A stretch of DNA of 64,000 bases from positions 13,596-77,595 of the forward strand of contig JBMFWV010000001.1 in assembly GCA_049964915.1 (NCBI GenBank), in the 5' to 3' direction. Position 1 is the stretch's first letter, and each line of letters begins with the position of its first letter. The notes beneath the pieces are model-generated. The model did not search any database. It was not told the origin of the DNA and saw nothing but the letters and a program-made list of their open reading frames with translations. This DNA is from Rhizomicrobium sp. GTDB lineage: Bacteria; Pseudomonadota; Alphaproteobacteria; Micropepsales; Micropepsaceae. The position numbers were made by a program, and so were the translations under genes. Below are positions 1 to 9,685 of this stretch, one piece after another.

Positions 1-618
1 TGTGTACCGGCAGACGCATTTCTGGCTCAGCTCGCGAACCGCAAGGATGTTGTGGCCCTCAGCCTCCCCATCACCTACTGGGACATGCTGGGCTGGAGGG
101 ACACGCTGGCGACACAAGCCAACACCGACCGCCAAAAGGCCTATGCCCAAGCCATGGGGCGCGGCGGCGTTTATACCCCGCAAGTGATCGTTGACGGCCG
201 CAGGGATCTTGTCGGCAGCAAGGATGCGGCCATTGATCAGGCGATCACGTCGCGCGAAGCCAAACTGCCAGATGTTCCCATCAGGCTCTCGCTACTTCCC
301 AATGAAGTGCACGTGGTTGTCAGCGGTGCCAAAATAAATTCGGCAAAGCCGGCAACGATCTGGATGATGACGGTACGTCCCTCCGCAACGGTCAAGATTG
401 GCGCAGGCGAGAATGCTGGACGAACCCTCTCCTATCGGGACATCGTAACCGGAATCAAGGCTGTGGGCCTGTGGAAGGGTAAGAAGGTGACCCTTGATCT
501 TCCCCGCGCGGCGATCGGCGCAGGACACAGCGACGGCATCACCGTCATCGTGCAGCAAGGAGGCTATGGCCAGATCCTCGGCGCCACTCCCATCGACTGG
601 CCCGCTGCCGGCAAATAG
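1..618 (+). CDS. DUF1223 family thioredoxin-like protein, 5'-truncated by window edge
   Basis: Frame 1 is open from base 1 (CVPADAFLAQLANRKDVVALSLPITYWDMLGWRD...VYTPQVIVDG), matching the DUF1223 pattern C-x-PAD...YWDxLGWxD...YTPQ. Confidence 0.85.
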   Translation, partial: CVPADAFLAQLANRKDVVALSLPITYWDMLGWRDTLATQANTDRQKAYAQAMGRGGVYTPQVIVDGRRDLVGSKDAAIDQAITSREAKLPDVPIRLSLLPNEVHVVVSGAKINSAKPATIWMMTVRPSATVKIGAGENAGRTLSYRDIVTGIKAVGLWKGKKVTLDLPRAAIGAGHSDGITVIVQQGGYGQILGATPIDWPAAGK

Positions 619-619
619 C

Positions 620-931
620 ATGTCGCTGTTTTTTGATCAGGCTTGGTTCGATGCGCGGCTGGCGACGCTGGGCTTGAGCCGCGAGGATCTTGGCCGCACT
701 CTCGGACTGAATGCCGAAGACGTTACAGCCCTCTTCAAGGATCAACGCGAACTGTCACTGGCTGAGGTTCGCCTCCTCGCGAGTTTGCTCGCAGTATCGA
801 GCGATGAGGTCGCAAACCGAGCTGGCATTTCCACGCCACGCGAGAGCGGGGATCCATGGCACGCCCGACTGAGTGCGATTGAAGCGAAATTGATTGCCAT
901 CCGCGCCCTGCTGGCAACACGCCGGCGCTAA
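620..931 (+). CDS. Small XRE/Cro-like helix-turn-helix protein
   Basis: ATG 1 nt after the upstream stop; WFDARLATLGLSREDLGRTLGL...ELSLAEVRLLASLL looks like an HTH fold, followed by a helical C-terminus. Confidence 0.6.
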   Translation: MSLFFDQAWFDARLATLGLSREDLGRTLGLNAEDVTALFKDQRELSLAEVRLLASLLAVSSDEVANRAGISTPRESGDPWHARLSAIEAKLIAIRALLATRRR

Positions 932-1107
932 TAAACCGCGTTCAGCTGCTGGGGTGCCTTGCGGTGTGTGGCGCCATAAGCCTCCGCCGCGAGCTGGCGA
1001 AGCAACACGACCTCATCCCCCGCATCTGCCTGCGCGAGCAATTGCGCCAGAAAGCCAGCGTCGATTTTGACGTCTACGCTTTCATCTGTCCCATTTTGGG
1101 ACAACAT
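928..1107 (-). CDS. Small hypothetical protein (59 aa)
   Basis: MLSQNGTDESVDVKIDAGFLAQLLAQADAGDEVVLLRQLAAEAYG..., acidic and helical; converges on the HTH gene with a 4-nt stop overlap; start chosen at the internal ATG. Confidence 0.45.
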   Translation of the reverse strand: MLSQNGTDESVDVKIDAGFLAQLLAQADAGDEVVLLRQLAAEAYGATHRKAPQQLNAVY

Positions 1108-1243
1108 GCGACGACGTTCCCAATGCCGCGACTGCGAGTTGTTCAAATTGGTTGATAAATAAGCGCTATCTACGACACGCGCTGCGTGCGCAGCTTTGGG
1201 CTGCGCCCAATTCGATACAGATCCTATACGCCGCAACGTTGTC

Positions 1244-1259
1244 ATAACCCTATATTAAC
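1244..1259. promoter_or_regulatory. CtrA-like box (ATAA-N7-TTAAC, one mismatch)
   Basis: ATAA CCCTATA TTAAC in the divergent spacer between the 59-aa ORF and the GGDEF-EAL gene. Confidence 0.45.
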
Positions 1260-1379
1260 TCAATATCGCAGTGATGGGGAGAGCTAGGAGGTCCCAAAGG
1301 GCAAAATTTCTGATTTTTTAACAGGCGCCCACCATGATCGGCGCAAAGGCCGCAGAAAGAAGGCCTGGGATGGTGGGTA

Positions 1380-3194
1380 GTGCTTAGTCAGACGCTTCCG
1401 AAGAAGCCCGTCGACGGTATGCGGGCTTTGGCCGCTGCACATGAGATTGACCGGCTGCGCCTATCAGTGGCGGCGGCGCGAGAAGTCTCATTTGATTGGA
1501 CGCTTCACGACGATCGCATCGTGTGGGATGGCGATTGCGAGATTCTGTCCTTGCATACCGATCCCAACCGGCTTTACCGCGGCGACGGACTGCGCCGCTG
1601 GATGTGCGCCAAGGCACAGGCAGAACTTACATGCCTGATCGAAACCAAGGCGCCGAGTGACCGCTCGTTCGAGCTCGAATTCGAGGCCAGTTCGGCCTTG
1701 GGCACTGTGGTCTTTGAAATGCGCGGTGCGCGCATCGCCCGTCCTGACGGACAGGCAGAGCGGTTATCGGGCATCGTTCGTGTCATCACCGAAAAATGGC
1801 GAGAAAACACACGTCTGCACTATCTCGCCACCCGTGACGAACTGACCGGCCACCTCAACCGCACCAGCCTGCGCACCGAACTGGCCCGCGCCATCGATAC
1901 CGCCAAGCGCGAAAACGGTAGTTGCGCCTACCTTGTTACAGCCATCGACCGTCTGGCCATGATCAATGAGGCCTACGGGTTTGGCGCAGCCGACGAGGTG
2001 ATCGTCGCTGTCGGCGAACGCATCAGCAGAATATTGAGGTCTGACGACATCATTGGACGCAGCGCCGGTAACAAGCTCGGCATCATTTTGAACACTTGCA
2101 GCGAACGGGAGATTGCGATTGTCGCTGACCGGCTGCGTGAGTGTGTACGTGCCGATCTGATCCCAACGCAGGCTGGTGAGGTTGCGGTCACCATTTCAGT
2201 CGGCGGAGTTTTCCTGCCACACGCCGCAGCCTCGAGCCAGGAAGCCATGCTACGGGCGGAGGAAGCCCTGGATCGGGCGCGAGCTGGCGGTCGCGACGGC
2301 TTTGCCGCCTATGCCAAATCGCCACAACGCGAAACCGCGCGGTTGCGGCTGATGACAATCGCCGACGAGGTGGTAAAAGCCCTCAAGGAAAAGCGTCTGG
2401 TCTTTGCCTATCAGCCGATCGTCACGGCAGGCGAGCATCTGCCTGTGCATTATGAGTGCCTGCTGCGGCTGCTGCGCACGGACGGGGAAGTTCTCAGTGC
2501 CGGACATTTCATCCCTGCTGTCGAACAGCTTGGCCTGGTCAGACTGGTTGATCGTTGTGCGCTGGAAATGACGATTTCGCAATTGCGTGCCCAACCTTGT
2601 GTCAGTCTGGCGGTCAATGTCTCTGGTACGTCCGCACGCGATCCGGCGTGGCTCGAAAGCTTTGTTAGCTATGTACGCTGCCACCGCGACGTCGCGCGGC
2701 GCATGATCGTGGAGCTAACTGAAACCGCGGCGCTTAATGACTTTGAGGAGAGCGCCCGCTTCGTTAGCAATCTGCGCGAGCTCGGCTGTACCGTTGCCAT
2801 CGACGATTTCGGCGCTGGTTATACCTCGTTCCGCAATCTGCAGATGCTCCACGTCGACATGGTCAAGATCGACGGTTCCTATGTGAAGGGATTGTGCACC
2901 TCGCCCGATAATCAGATTTTCGTACGTACGCTCGTCGACCTCGCGCGAAATTTTCACCTCAAGACTGTGGCCGAGTGGGTCAGTTCCGACGAGGAGGGCG
3001 CCTTGTTGAAGAGCTTTGGCGTCGACTACTTCCAGGGATTCCACTTTGGCGTACCAACCCTGGAGCCGGAATTCGCACGCGCCGTGCCGCTCCACCAGGA
3101 GCGGGGAAGCAAAGCACGGCCGGGATGGCAGGCAATGCCGGGCCAGACACGGCCGATCGCTGTAGTGCGCGGCGCGAGCAAGAGCCTGCTTTAG
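1380..3194 (+). CDS. GGDEF-EAL protein; likely c-di-GMP phosphodiesterase with degenerate GGDEF
   Basis: DELTGHLNR...IDRLAMINEAYG, signature site reads AGNKL; EAL domain has AYQPIV, ECLLR, VELTE, IDDFGAGYTS, VKIDGS, VAEWV. Confidence 0.92.
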   Translation: MLSQTLPKKPVDGMRALAAAHEIDRLRLSVAAAREVSFDWTLHDDRIVWDGDCEILSLHTDPNRLYRGDGLRRWMCAKAQAELTCLIETKAPSDRSFELEFEASSALGTVVFEMRGARIARPDGQAERLSGIVRVITEKWRENTRLHYLATRDELTGHLNRTSLRTELARAIDTAKRENGSCAYLVTAIDRLAMINEAYGFGAADEVIVAVGERISRILRSDDIIGRSAGNKLGIILNTCSEREIAIVADRLRECVRADLIPTQAGEVAVTISVGGVFLPHAAASSQEAMLRAEEALDRARAGGRDGFAAYAKSPQRETARLRLMTIADEVVKALKEKRLVFAYQPIVTAGEHLPVHYECLLRLLRTDGEVLSAGHFIPAVEQLGLVRLVDRCALEMTISQLRAQPCVSLAVNVSGTSARDPAWLESFVSYVRCHRDVARRMIVELTETAALNDFEESARFVSNLRELGCTVAIDDFGAGYTSFRNLQMLHVDMVKIDGSYVKGLCTSPDNQIFVRTLVDLARNFHLKTVAEWVSSDEEGALLKSFGVDYFQGFHFGVPTLEPEFARAVPLHQERGSKARPGWQAMPGQTRPIAVVRGASKSLL

Positions 3195-3234
3195 CGTCAC
3201 CGACGCCAATCTATTGCGGGCTACAAATGGCTCC

Positions 3235-3266
3235 GCCGCCATCAGCGCAGACAGGCTGATGGCGGC
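3235..3266. terminator. 12-bp hairpin between convergent genes
   Basis: GCCGCCATCAGC-N8-GCTGATGGCGGC; no long U tract. Confidence 0.55.
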
Positions 3267-3285
3267 AGACAGAGCCGGATTGCGG

Positions 3286-5985
3286 TTACGCCGTACGGTT
3301 CAGGGCACGCAGAACATATTGCAGGATGCCGCCATTGGTGAAATAGGCCATCTCGTCTGCGGTATCGATACGCAGGAGAAGTGGCAGAGGCCGGCTGCTC
3401 CCGTCAGCGTAGTGGATCGCTGCAGTGATCGAACTGCGCGGCTTGAGGGCGCCGCTCAGTCCTGGAATATCGATCACTTCCGCTCCGGTCAGGCCGTAAT
3501 CCTTGCGTCCCTTGCCTTGCTCGAACACCAAGGGGGCAATGCCCATACCGATGAGATTGGAGCGATGGATGCGCTCGAAACTTTCCGCAATGACCGCGCG
3601 TACACCCTGCAGTTTGGGGCCCTTCGCTGCCCAGTCGCGGCTTGAGCCAGTGCCATATTCCTTGCCACCTATCACAACGACCGGCACACCTTCGTCCCGA
3701 TAGCGCATGGCGGCATCGAAGATTGACATCTCTTCGCCGCTGGGCTGGTGACGTGTCAGACCACCTTCGCGGCCACCCATCATTTCGTTCCGGATGCGGA
3801 TGTTGGCGAAGGTGCCACGCACCATGACTTCGTCGTTGCCACGCCGTGAGCCATAGGAATTGAAATCCTCGAACTTCACGCCGTGCTCAAGAAGATACCG
3901 GCCTGCAGGACTGTCCTTCTTGATCGAACCGGCGGGAGAAATATGGTCGGTCGTGATGGAGTCACCAAACAGCGCCAGGATCCGGGCTCCCTTGATATCC
4001 TGCACGGGAGCCGGTTGTGCCGTCATGCCCTCAAAATAGGGGGGCCGCTTTACATAGGTCGAGCGCTCATCCCAGCCATAGGTGTTACCCTTGTTGACCT
4101 TGACCTTGCGCCAGGCCGCGGTGCCCTCGAAGACATCGCTATAGCGGGTGCGGAAGGCCGTGGGCTTGACCGCCTTGCGTATCGCGGCAGCAATTTCCTG
4201 GGGCGATGGCCAGATATCCTTGAGATAGACCGGTTCGTTGTTCTTGTCATAGCCAACGGGGTCGGTCGTCAGATTGATGTTCATAGACCCGGCCAGGGCA
4301 TAGGCCACCACAAGCATGGGCGAGGCCAGATAATTGGCTCGGACCAAGGGGTGAACTCGGCCCTCAAAATTGCGGTTTCCGGAAAGTACCGATACCGCGA
4401 CGAGGTCTCCGGTGTTGACCGCATCCGATACGGCGTCTGGCAATGGGCCGGAATTACCAATGCAGGTGGTGCAGCCATACCCAACTAGGTTGAAGCCGAG
4501 CTTGTCGAGATATTTGGCGACATCAGCCTTCTCGAGATAATCGGTGACCACCTGGCTTCCAGGGGCGAGCGAGGTCTTGACCCAGGGCTGGACCTTCAGC
4601 CCACGCTCGACCGCCCGCTTGGCAACGAGGCCTGCGCCGATCATCACGCTCGGATTGGACGTGTTGGTACAGGAGGTGATCGCGGCTATGACCACATCGC
4701 CATGGCCAATGGACTTCTCGCTGCCCGCAAGCTTGACGCGACGATTGGCGTCATCCTCTTTGTGAAAGACGTCCATCATCGCGGTAGCAAATTCATCTGC
4801 CGCGTCAGCGAGAGCAACCCTGTCCTGTGGTCGCCGCGGCCCGGCAAGTGAGGGCTCAACCGCGTCGAGATCCAGTGACAGGGTGGTGGTGAAGACGGGC
4901 TCTTCGCTGCGTGGGCCCCGATAAAGCCCCTGCGCCTTGGCGTACTTCTCCACAAGTGCAATCCGCGCCGGCTTGCGAGCGGTTGTCTTGAGATACCGAA
5001 GCGTTTCGGCATCGACCGGGAAAAATCCACAAGTCGCGCCATATTCGGGAGCCATGTTGGCAATCGTCGCGCGATCTTCCAGCGGCAGCTCATCGAGCCC
5101 CGGACCGTAATACTCGACAAACTTCCCAACCACGCCCTTCTGACGCAGCATTTGGGTCACCGTGAGTACAAGATCGGTCGCAGTCACGCCGGGCCGGAGT
5201 TTTCCGGTCAGGCGGAAGCCAACAACCTCGGGAATGAGCATCGAGATCGGCTGTCCCAGCATCGCAGCTTCCGCCTCGATGCCGCCGACGCCCCAGCCCA
5301 GAACGGCCAGTCCGTTAACCATGGTGGTATGGCTATCGGTACCGACCAATGTATCGGGGAACGCATGTTCTTCGACGCCACGGCTGGTCTTGATCTTGCG
5401 CGTCCACACGGTCTGGGCGAGATATTCGAGATTGACCTGATGGCAGATGCCGGTACCTGGTGGCACCACGCGGAAGTTGGAAAACGCCTGCTGGCCCCAG
5501 CGCAGGAAGGCATAGCGTTCGCCATTGCGCTCGAACTCAATCCCTACGTTCTTTTTGAAAGCATCTCGGGTCCCAAAATTGTCGACCATCACAGAATGGT
5601 CGATGACAAGATCGACCTCAGCGAGGGGATTGATCTTCTGCGGATCGCCGCCCAGATCCACCATGGCCTCGCGCATCGCCGCCAAATCGACCACCGCAGG
5701 AACGCCGGTGAGGTCCTGCATCAGCACCCGCGCGGGACGAAAGGCAATCTCGCGATCCGAGGTCTTTTTGGTAAGCCATGCCGCCACTGCGCGGATATCG
5801 GCCGCGGTTACGGTATTGCCGTCTTCGTGGCGGAGCAGATTCTCAAGCAGGACCTTGAGCGAATAGGGCAGCCGGGAAATGCCGGCCAAACCATTTTTCT
5901 CGGCAGCGGTGAGGCTGAAATAGACATATTTCCGGTTGCCGACAGTAAGCGTCTTCTTGGCCTTGAAGCTGTTGGGGTGCGTCAC
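3286..5985 (-). CDS. acnA: Aconitate hydratase A
   Basis: RVLMQDLTGVP, DHSV, GTDSHTTM, ITSCTNTSNP, GCTTCIGNSG, TTDHISPAG, YGTGSSRDWAAKG, SFERIHRSNL. Confidence 0.98.
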   Translation of the reverse strand: MTHPNSFKAKKTLTVGNRKYVYFSLTAAEKNGLAGISRLPYSLKVLLENLLRHEDGNTVTAADIRAVAAWLTKKTSDREIAFRPARVLMQDLTGVPAVVDLAAMREAMVDLGGDPQKINPLAEVDLVIDHSVMVDNFGTRDAFKKNVGIEFERNGERYAFLRWGQQAFSNFRVVPPGTGICHQVNLEYLAQTVWTRKIKTSRGVEEHAFPDTLVGTDSHTTMVNGLAVLGWGVGGIEAEAAMLGQPISMLIPEVVGFRLTGKLRPGVTATDLVLTVTQMLRQKGVVGKFVEYYGPGLDELPLEDRATIANMAPEYGATCGFFPVDAETLRYLKTTARKPARIALVEKYAKAQGLYRGPRSEEPVFTTTLSLDLDAVEPSLAGPRRPQDRVALADAADEFATAMMDVFHKEDDANRRVKLAGSEKSIGHGDVVIAAITSCTNTSNPSVMIGAGLVAKRAVERGLKVQPWVKTSLAPGSQVVTDYLEKADVAKYLDKLGFNLVGYGCTTCIGNSGPLPDAVSDAVNTGDLVAVSVLSGNRNFEGRVHPLVRANYLASPMLVVAYALAGSMNINLTTDPVGYDKNNEPVYLKDIWPSPQEIAAAIRKAVKPTAFRTRYSDVFEGTAAWRKVKVNKGNTYGWDERSTYVKRPPYFEGMTAQPAPVQDIKGARILALFGDSITTDHISPAGSIKKDSPAGRYLLEHGVKFEDFNSYGSRRGNDEVMVRGTFANIRIRNEMMGGREGGLTRHQPSGEEMSIFDAAMRYRDEGVPVVVIGGKEYGTGSSRDWAAKGPKLQGVRAVIAESFERIHRSNLIGMGIAPLVFEQGKGRKDYGLTGAEVIDIPGLSGALKPRSSITAAIHYADGSSRPLPLLLRIDTADEMAYFTNGGILQYVLRALNRTA

Positions 5986-6116
5986 GGGCAGAATCCCTTG
6001 GGCGAACGGTTGAAGGGGAGCGGCCGTGGTTTAGTAATATTTGGGCACGATGCCAAGCCTTGCGCCCCTCATTATTGCCGGCGCAGGCTGGCGGCGGGCT
6101 AGCCAGAGGTGGCGCG

Positions 6117-6923
6117 ATGCACAAATCGGACGACGTACGCGTTGAGATCGACGGAAGGGTGACCACGGTGATCCTGGACCGTCCGCAGCGGCGCAATGCG
6201 GTGGATCGTCCGACCGCTAGCGCCCTTGCGGAAGCCTTTTTGGCCTTCGAGGGCGATGACACGCAGCTGGTGGCGGTGCTCTGGGGCGCCGGGGGGACCT
6301 TCTGCTCCGGGGCAGATCTGAAGGCGATTGCCGCCGGGCAAGGCAACCGCCTGAAGGCGCCAGACGCGGCTGCAAGCCCTTTGTCCAACGATGCCCCGAT
6401 GGGCCCCACGCGGATGAGACTGAGCAAACCCGTGATTGCGGCGGTGGCAGGCCACGCCGTCGCCGGTGGGCTTGAGCTGGCCTGCTGGTGCGATCTGCGC
6501 GTGGTAGAGGAGGACGCTGTCTTCGGTGTGTTTTGCCGGCGCTGGGGCGTGCCTCTGATCGATGGAGGCACGGTGCGTCTGCCGCGGCTGATCGGTCACT
6601 CGCGCGCCATGGACATGATTCTCACCGGTCGGCCGGTCGGAGCCCAAGAGGCGCTCACCTTCGGGTTGGCCAACCGGGTGGTGGGCAAGGGCGAGGCGCG
6701 CCAACAGGCCGAGCGGCTCGCGGCGGAGCTTGCAAATCTGCCACAGCCCTGCTTGCGAGAGGACCGCGCCTCTGCGTGGGAGCAATGGGATCTTGGCTTT
6801 GCCGATGCGATGGCCAATGAATTCCGCCATGGCACCGAGGCCCTTGCCGCAGATCGCGGCCGCGAAGGTGCGGCGCGTTTTGCCGCAGGCAGAGGGCGTG
6901 GCGGGAGCTTCGACGATCTGTGA
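6117..6923 (+). CDS. Crotonase/enoyl-CoA hydratase family protein
   Basis: FCSGADLK, PVIAAVAGHAVAGGLELA, RRWGVPLIDGGTVRLPRLIG; start at ATG 6117. Confidence 0.92.
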   Translation: MHKSDDVRVEIDGRVTTVILDRPQRRNAVDRPTASALAEAFLAFEGDDTQLVAVLWGAGGTFCSGADLKAIAAGQGNRLKAPDAAASPLSNDAPMGPTRMRLSKPVIAAVAGHAVAGGLELACWCDLRVVEEDAVFGVFCRRWGVPLIDGGTVRLPRLIGHSRAMDMILTGRPVGAQEALTFGLANRVVGKGEARQQAERLAAELANLPQPCLREDRASAWEQWDLGFADAMANEFRHGTEALAADRGREGAARFAAGRGRGGSFDDL

Positions 6924-7046
6924 ACAGACGGCCTGTCGGGCGCAAAGCGCCCTCCACATTGTTGCCCGATTCGGCGCCGATAAGCATCATCAAACAGGGG
7001 GGACGCGGCCGAACCGGCCGCCCGGCTTCGCGGGAACGGACTAGTC

Positions 7047-7829
7047 GTGGGTCGAAAGCAAATGGCGAAGTCATGGGCTGTGCTCGCAGCTGCTCTGTTT
7101 GTCGGCTGCCTCAATGTTGCGCCGAGCCGAGCCCAGTCGGTGTTTTTGCAACGTTTGCAGAACGATCGTCTTGGCGCCATCCGCGATGGCACTTATCAGG
7201 CGGGCGACGACATCAGCTTTTCGCTCAACCGTGAGGGCCCCTATTATCTTCTGCGCTTCGCAGGCCAACGCGAGGTCTTCGTCCTGCATTCAAAGAACGC
7301 ATCGCTCGGTGGTCGCGTCCTTAAGTATGATACCGGCAGGACCGTGCTGCAGATCACCGGCTGGGGAGCTATGACGCTCTACACCGATGCCAAGCCCTCT
7401 GGCCTACCGGTCACCCGGACTGGCGATTCTACGCCACCAACCATGCCCCTGGTTTCACTGGACGACGTCAAGGTTGCAGCCAGTGCAGAAGCGCAAAGGC
7501 TCGCCGCGACCCGCGAGCTCTTTTTGACCTTTCATGCATCGTGGCAGGGGCTTGCTGACGACGCGGAGAGCCGGGCCGCATGCCTGGATGCCCTGGAAAA
7601 TGCCGCCAAAGGGATCGCCCGCTTCGCTACAAACCCGGCAGGACAAAGGGCCTTGGCCGCAGAGGTTCAGAGCGTGCGCGTCATTCAGGCTGCCGCGCCA
7701 TCGCTGTACCGCTCGGGCCATGATTTGATCGTGACTTACGCTGCGTCCAAGGGCTTTTCCGGTCGAGCGTCTTCGCGGGCCATCACCCGCGTGCTGCACC
7801 AGATCTTTCACATCCCGGCCGCTCAGTAG
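7047..7829 (+). CDS. Exported protein, DUF4908-like
   Basis: Signal peptide; EVFVL...LGGRVLKYDTGRTVLQITGWGAMTLYT resembles DUF4908. Start may be ATG 7062. Confidence 0.65.
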   Translation: MGRKQMAKSWAVLAAALFVGCLNVAPSRAQSVFLQRLQNDRLGAIRDGTYQAGDDISFSLNREGPYYLLRFAGQREVFVLHSKNASLGGRVLKYDTGRTVLQITGWGAMTLYTDAKPSGLPVTRTGDSTPPTMPLVSLDDVKVAASAEAQRLAATRELFLTFHASWQGLADDAESRAACLDALENAAKGIARFATNPAGQRALAAEVQSVRVIQAAAPSLYRSGHDLIVTYAASKGFSGRASSRAITRVLHQIFHIPAAQ

Positions 7830-7869
7830 CCTTTCCTGCAGGGCTCTCTGGCAAGCCTTGAGCCACCTC

Positions 7870-8337
7870 TCAGGGCCGGAACTGCGCCGGAGCAAGCTCG
7901 AAGCGGTCGAACTCAAACCCGGGCGCGACGGTACATCCCACCAATGCGTAGACTCCAAGCGGACGGGCACACTGCCAAGCATGCGGCGGAACGACCAGCT
8001 GAGGCAGTTCTCCACCTTCGACATCGGGACCAAGGCGATAATAGGTCGCCCCCCGGCTCGCGCACGTGATCCCCAGCTCCAGCGGCGCACCACGGTAAAA
8101 ATGCCAGATCTCGGCTGAATCGATGCGATGCCAGCGTGAAACCTCTCCCGCCCTGAGCAAAAAATAGATCGCAGTACCATGGGCGCGACCAGCAAGATTG
8201 CGCGCATCGCGAAAGCTTTCACGATACCAGCCCCCTTCGGGATGAGGACTGAGCTGCAAAGCGTGGATCAGAGCATCGGCTTCGTCCGAACCGCCGACCA
8301 TCTGATGAGGCCCATCATGACCCTTGTTTTGCGTCAT
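7870..8337 (-). CDS. Cupin_5 (DUF985) family protein
   Basis: LQLSPHPEGGWYRE, TAIYFLL, WHRIDSAEIWHFY, LVGCTVAPGFEF. Confidence 0.92.
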   Translation of the reverse strand: MTQNKGHDGPHQMVGGSDEADALIHALQLSPHPEGGWYRESFRDARNLAGRAHGTAIYFLLRAGEVSRWHRIDSAEIWHFYRGAPLELGITCASRGATYYRLGPDVEGGELPQLVVPPHAWQCARPLGVYALVGCTVAPGFEFDRFELAPAQFRP

Positions 8338-8558
8338 GCCGTTGTTGCCCCTGAGTGAAATTCCGCATGAGTTTCAGCCAGAGACGATGTCGTCAGCAAC
8401 AGAAAATGCCACGGCATAAGCCCGCCTGCAGTCCAGCCGGGATTGGTATCCTCTGCGGACCCGCGCACCGAAGCGGCAACGCCTCTCAGCGCCTGTGGCT
8501 ACCCGCCCCATGCCGTGACTGGGTTACACCGTACCAGCATTAGACAATACCGGCTCCC

Positions 8559-9143
8559 TCAGTCCCTGGATGTCAGGAAAGGGTTTTCGGCACCCTTGCG
8601 CACCAGTGCCCGGATGCCCGCGGCTACAGACCTGGCATCATCCAGCGCGTCGTGGCGCTGTCCAACAAATTCCGCGCCGCACAAAGGTCCGACGTCGCAG
8701 GCATGGCGCCCTTTGGTTTCGATGCCGTTGGCGCGCAGCCATTCGGCGATGTTGAAATAGCGTCGCAGTGTTGGCTCAGTTCGAAGTCCATAGAGCGTGA
8801 GGTTTTCGGCGAGCACGAGATCATCGCGGCCGAAGGCGCACGCCGTGCCGTCAGCGCAAAAGTCAATGAAGGCCTGGTAGGCCGGCACAAAATCAACGCC
8901 CTCTTGAGCAATACGGGCATTGCTGATCCCGGTCAGCTGGACGAGATAATCCGACAACTCCGGATTGAGGCGTGGACGTACCAGCAGATTGCAGGTCGCG
9001 AGCTCGGTGAGGCTTGAACCGTCGAGACGAACCGCGCCGATTTGCACCACTTCCTTGAACTGACCGGGCGCAAGCCAACGCCCCTTGAGCGCTCCTGCCC
9101 AGGAGGTGAATTCGAGATCAAACACAATTGCGGTTACAGCCAC
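8559..9143 (-). CDS. DEDDh 3'-5' exonuclease (ERI-1/KapD-like)
   Basis: VFDLEFT, EVVQIGAVRL, LTGIS, HDALDDA. Confidence 0.88.
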   Translation of the reverse strand: MAVTAIVFDLEFTSWAGALKGRWLAPGQFKEVVQIGAVRLDGSSLTELATCNLLVRPRLNPELSDYLVQLTGISNARIAQEGVDFVPAYQAFIDFCADGTACAFGRDDLVLAENLTLYGLRTEPTLRRYFNIAEWLRANGIETKGRHACDVGPLCGAEFVGQRHDALDDARSVAAGIRALVRKGAENPFLTSRD

Positions 9144-9222
9144 CAGGCCTCTCCTTATTAACCCATGGAGCGTAACAAGACAGCGCTCCGGGCTCGTCTG
9201 GCCCGGGCCGCGCCGTGGATTT

Positions 9223-9237
9223 TTAAGAATTTGTTAA
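9223..9237. promoter_or_regulatory. Perfect CtrA box TTAA-N7-TTAA
   Basis: TTAA GAATTTG TTAA in the spacer between the exonuclease and glutamate dehydrogenase genes. Confidence 0.6.
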
Positions 9238-9283
9238 TCCTGGCGCCGGATCGTGCCACCACGGCGCCAGGAGGATCTCAATC

Positions 9284-9577
9284 ATGGCCCTGCCCCAGCA
9301 TGCAAGTGGAGCTCTGCCATCCTGCCTGGAGACTGTCCATTGCCATGGCCAAGCCGGGTATTCCCGCGGCAGCTCTGCCCAACCCACCAGGTTCCCGCGT
9401 CAAAGCCCCTACCAAAGTGTAACCCAATCCCGAATTCTCCCGGCGGGCCAGGCGCGCCTAGTGCCTCCGCCGGCGCCGATCTTGCAGCCCCTTCATGCCC
9501 CACTGCCTTTTCCTGCCCACCTCCGCCACCTGGGGACACCGCCCTGCCTGTCTATTCTCTGCCACAGCGACCCATGA
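9284..9577 (+). CDS. Possible orphan Pro-rich ORF (97 aa)
   Basis: AGGAGG at 9269-9274, ATG 9 nt later, downstream of a CtrA box; no recognisable family. Confidence 0.25.
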   Translation: MALPQHASGALPSCLETVHCHGQAGYSRGSSAQPTRFPRQSPYQSVTQSRILPAGQARLVPPPAPILQPLHAPLPFPAHLRHLGTPPCLSILCHSDP

Positions 9578-9685
9578 ACGGCATTGGAGCCATGCACCAA
9601 TGCCGTATCGCTTTGTCCTCCGCTTGGGCTAAGACAGGCTCAGATCTGCCGCCCTCCTTAGGGCCATATTCGCCGATGGACCAAC

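Noticed and set aside
5152-6102. 316-aa plus-strand ORF and similar long antisense ORFs (e.g. 32696-33634, 55540-56706)
   Set aside because: Overlap confidently assigned genes on the opposite strand, with no family signatures.
8450-8495. Glycine-riboswitch-like words (CACCGAAGCGGCAA...CTCTCAG)
   Set aside because: No GGAGAG P1 element or second aptamer, and it is on the strand opposite both neighbouring genes.
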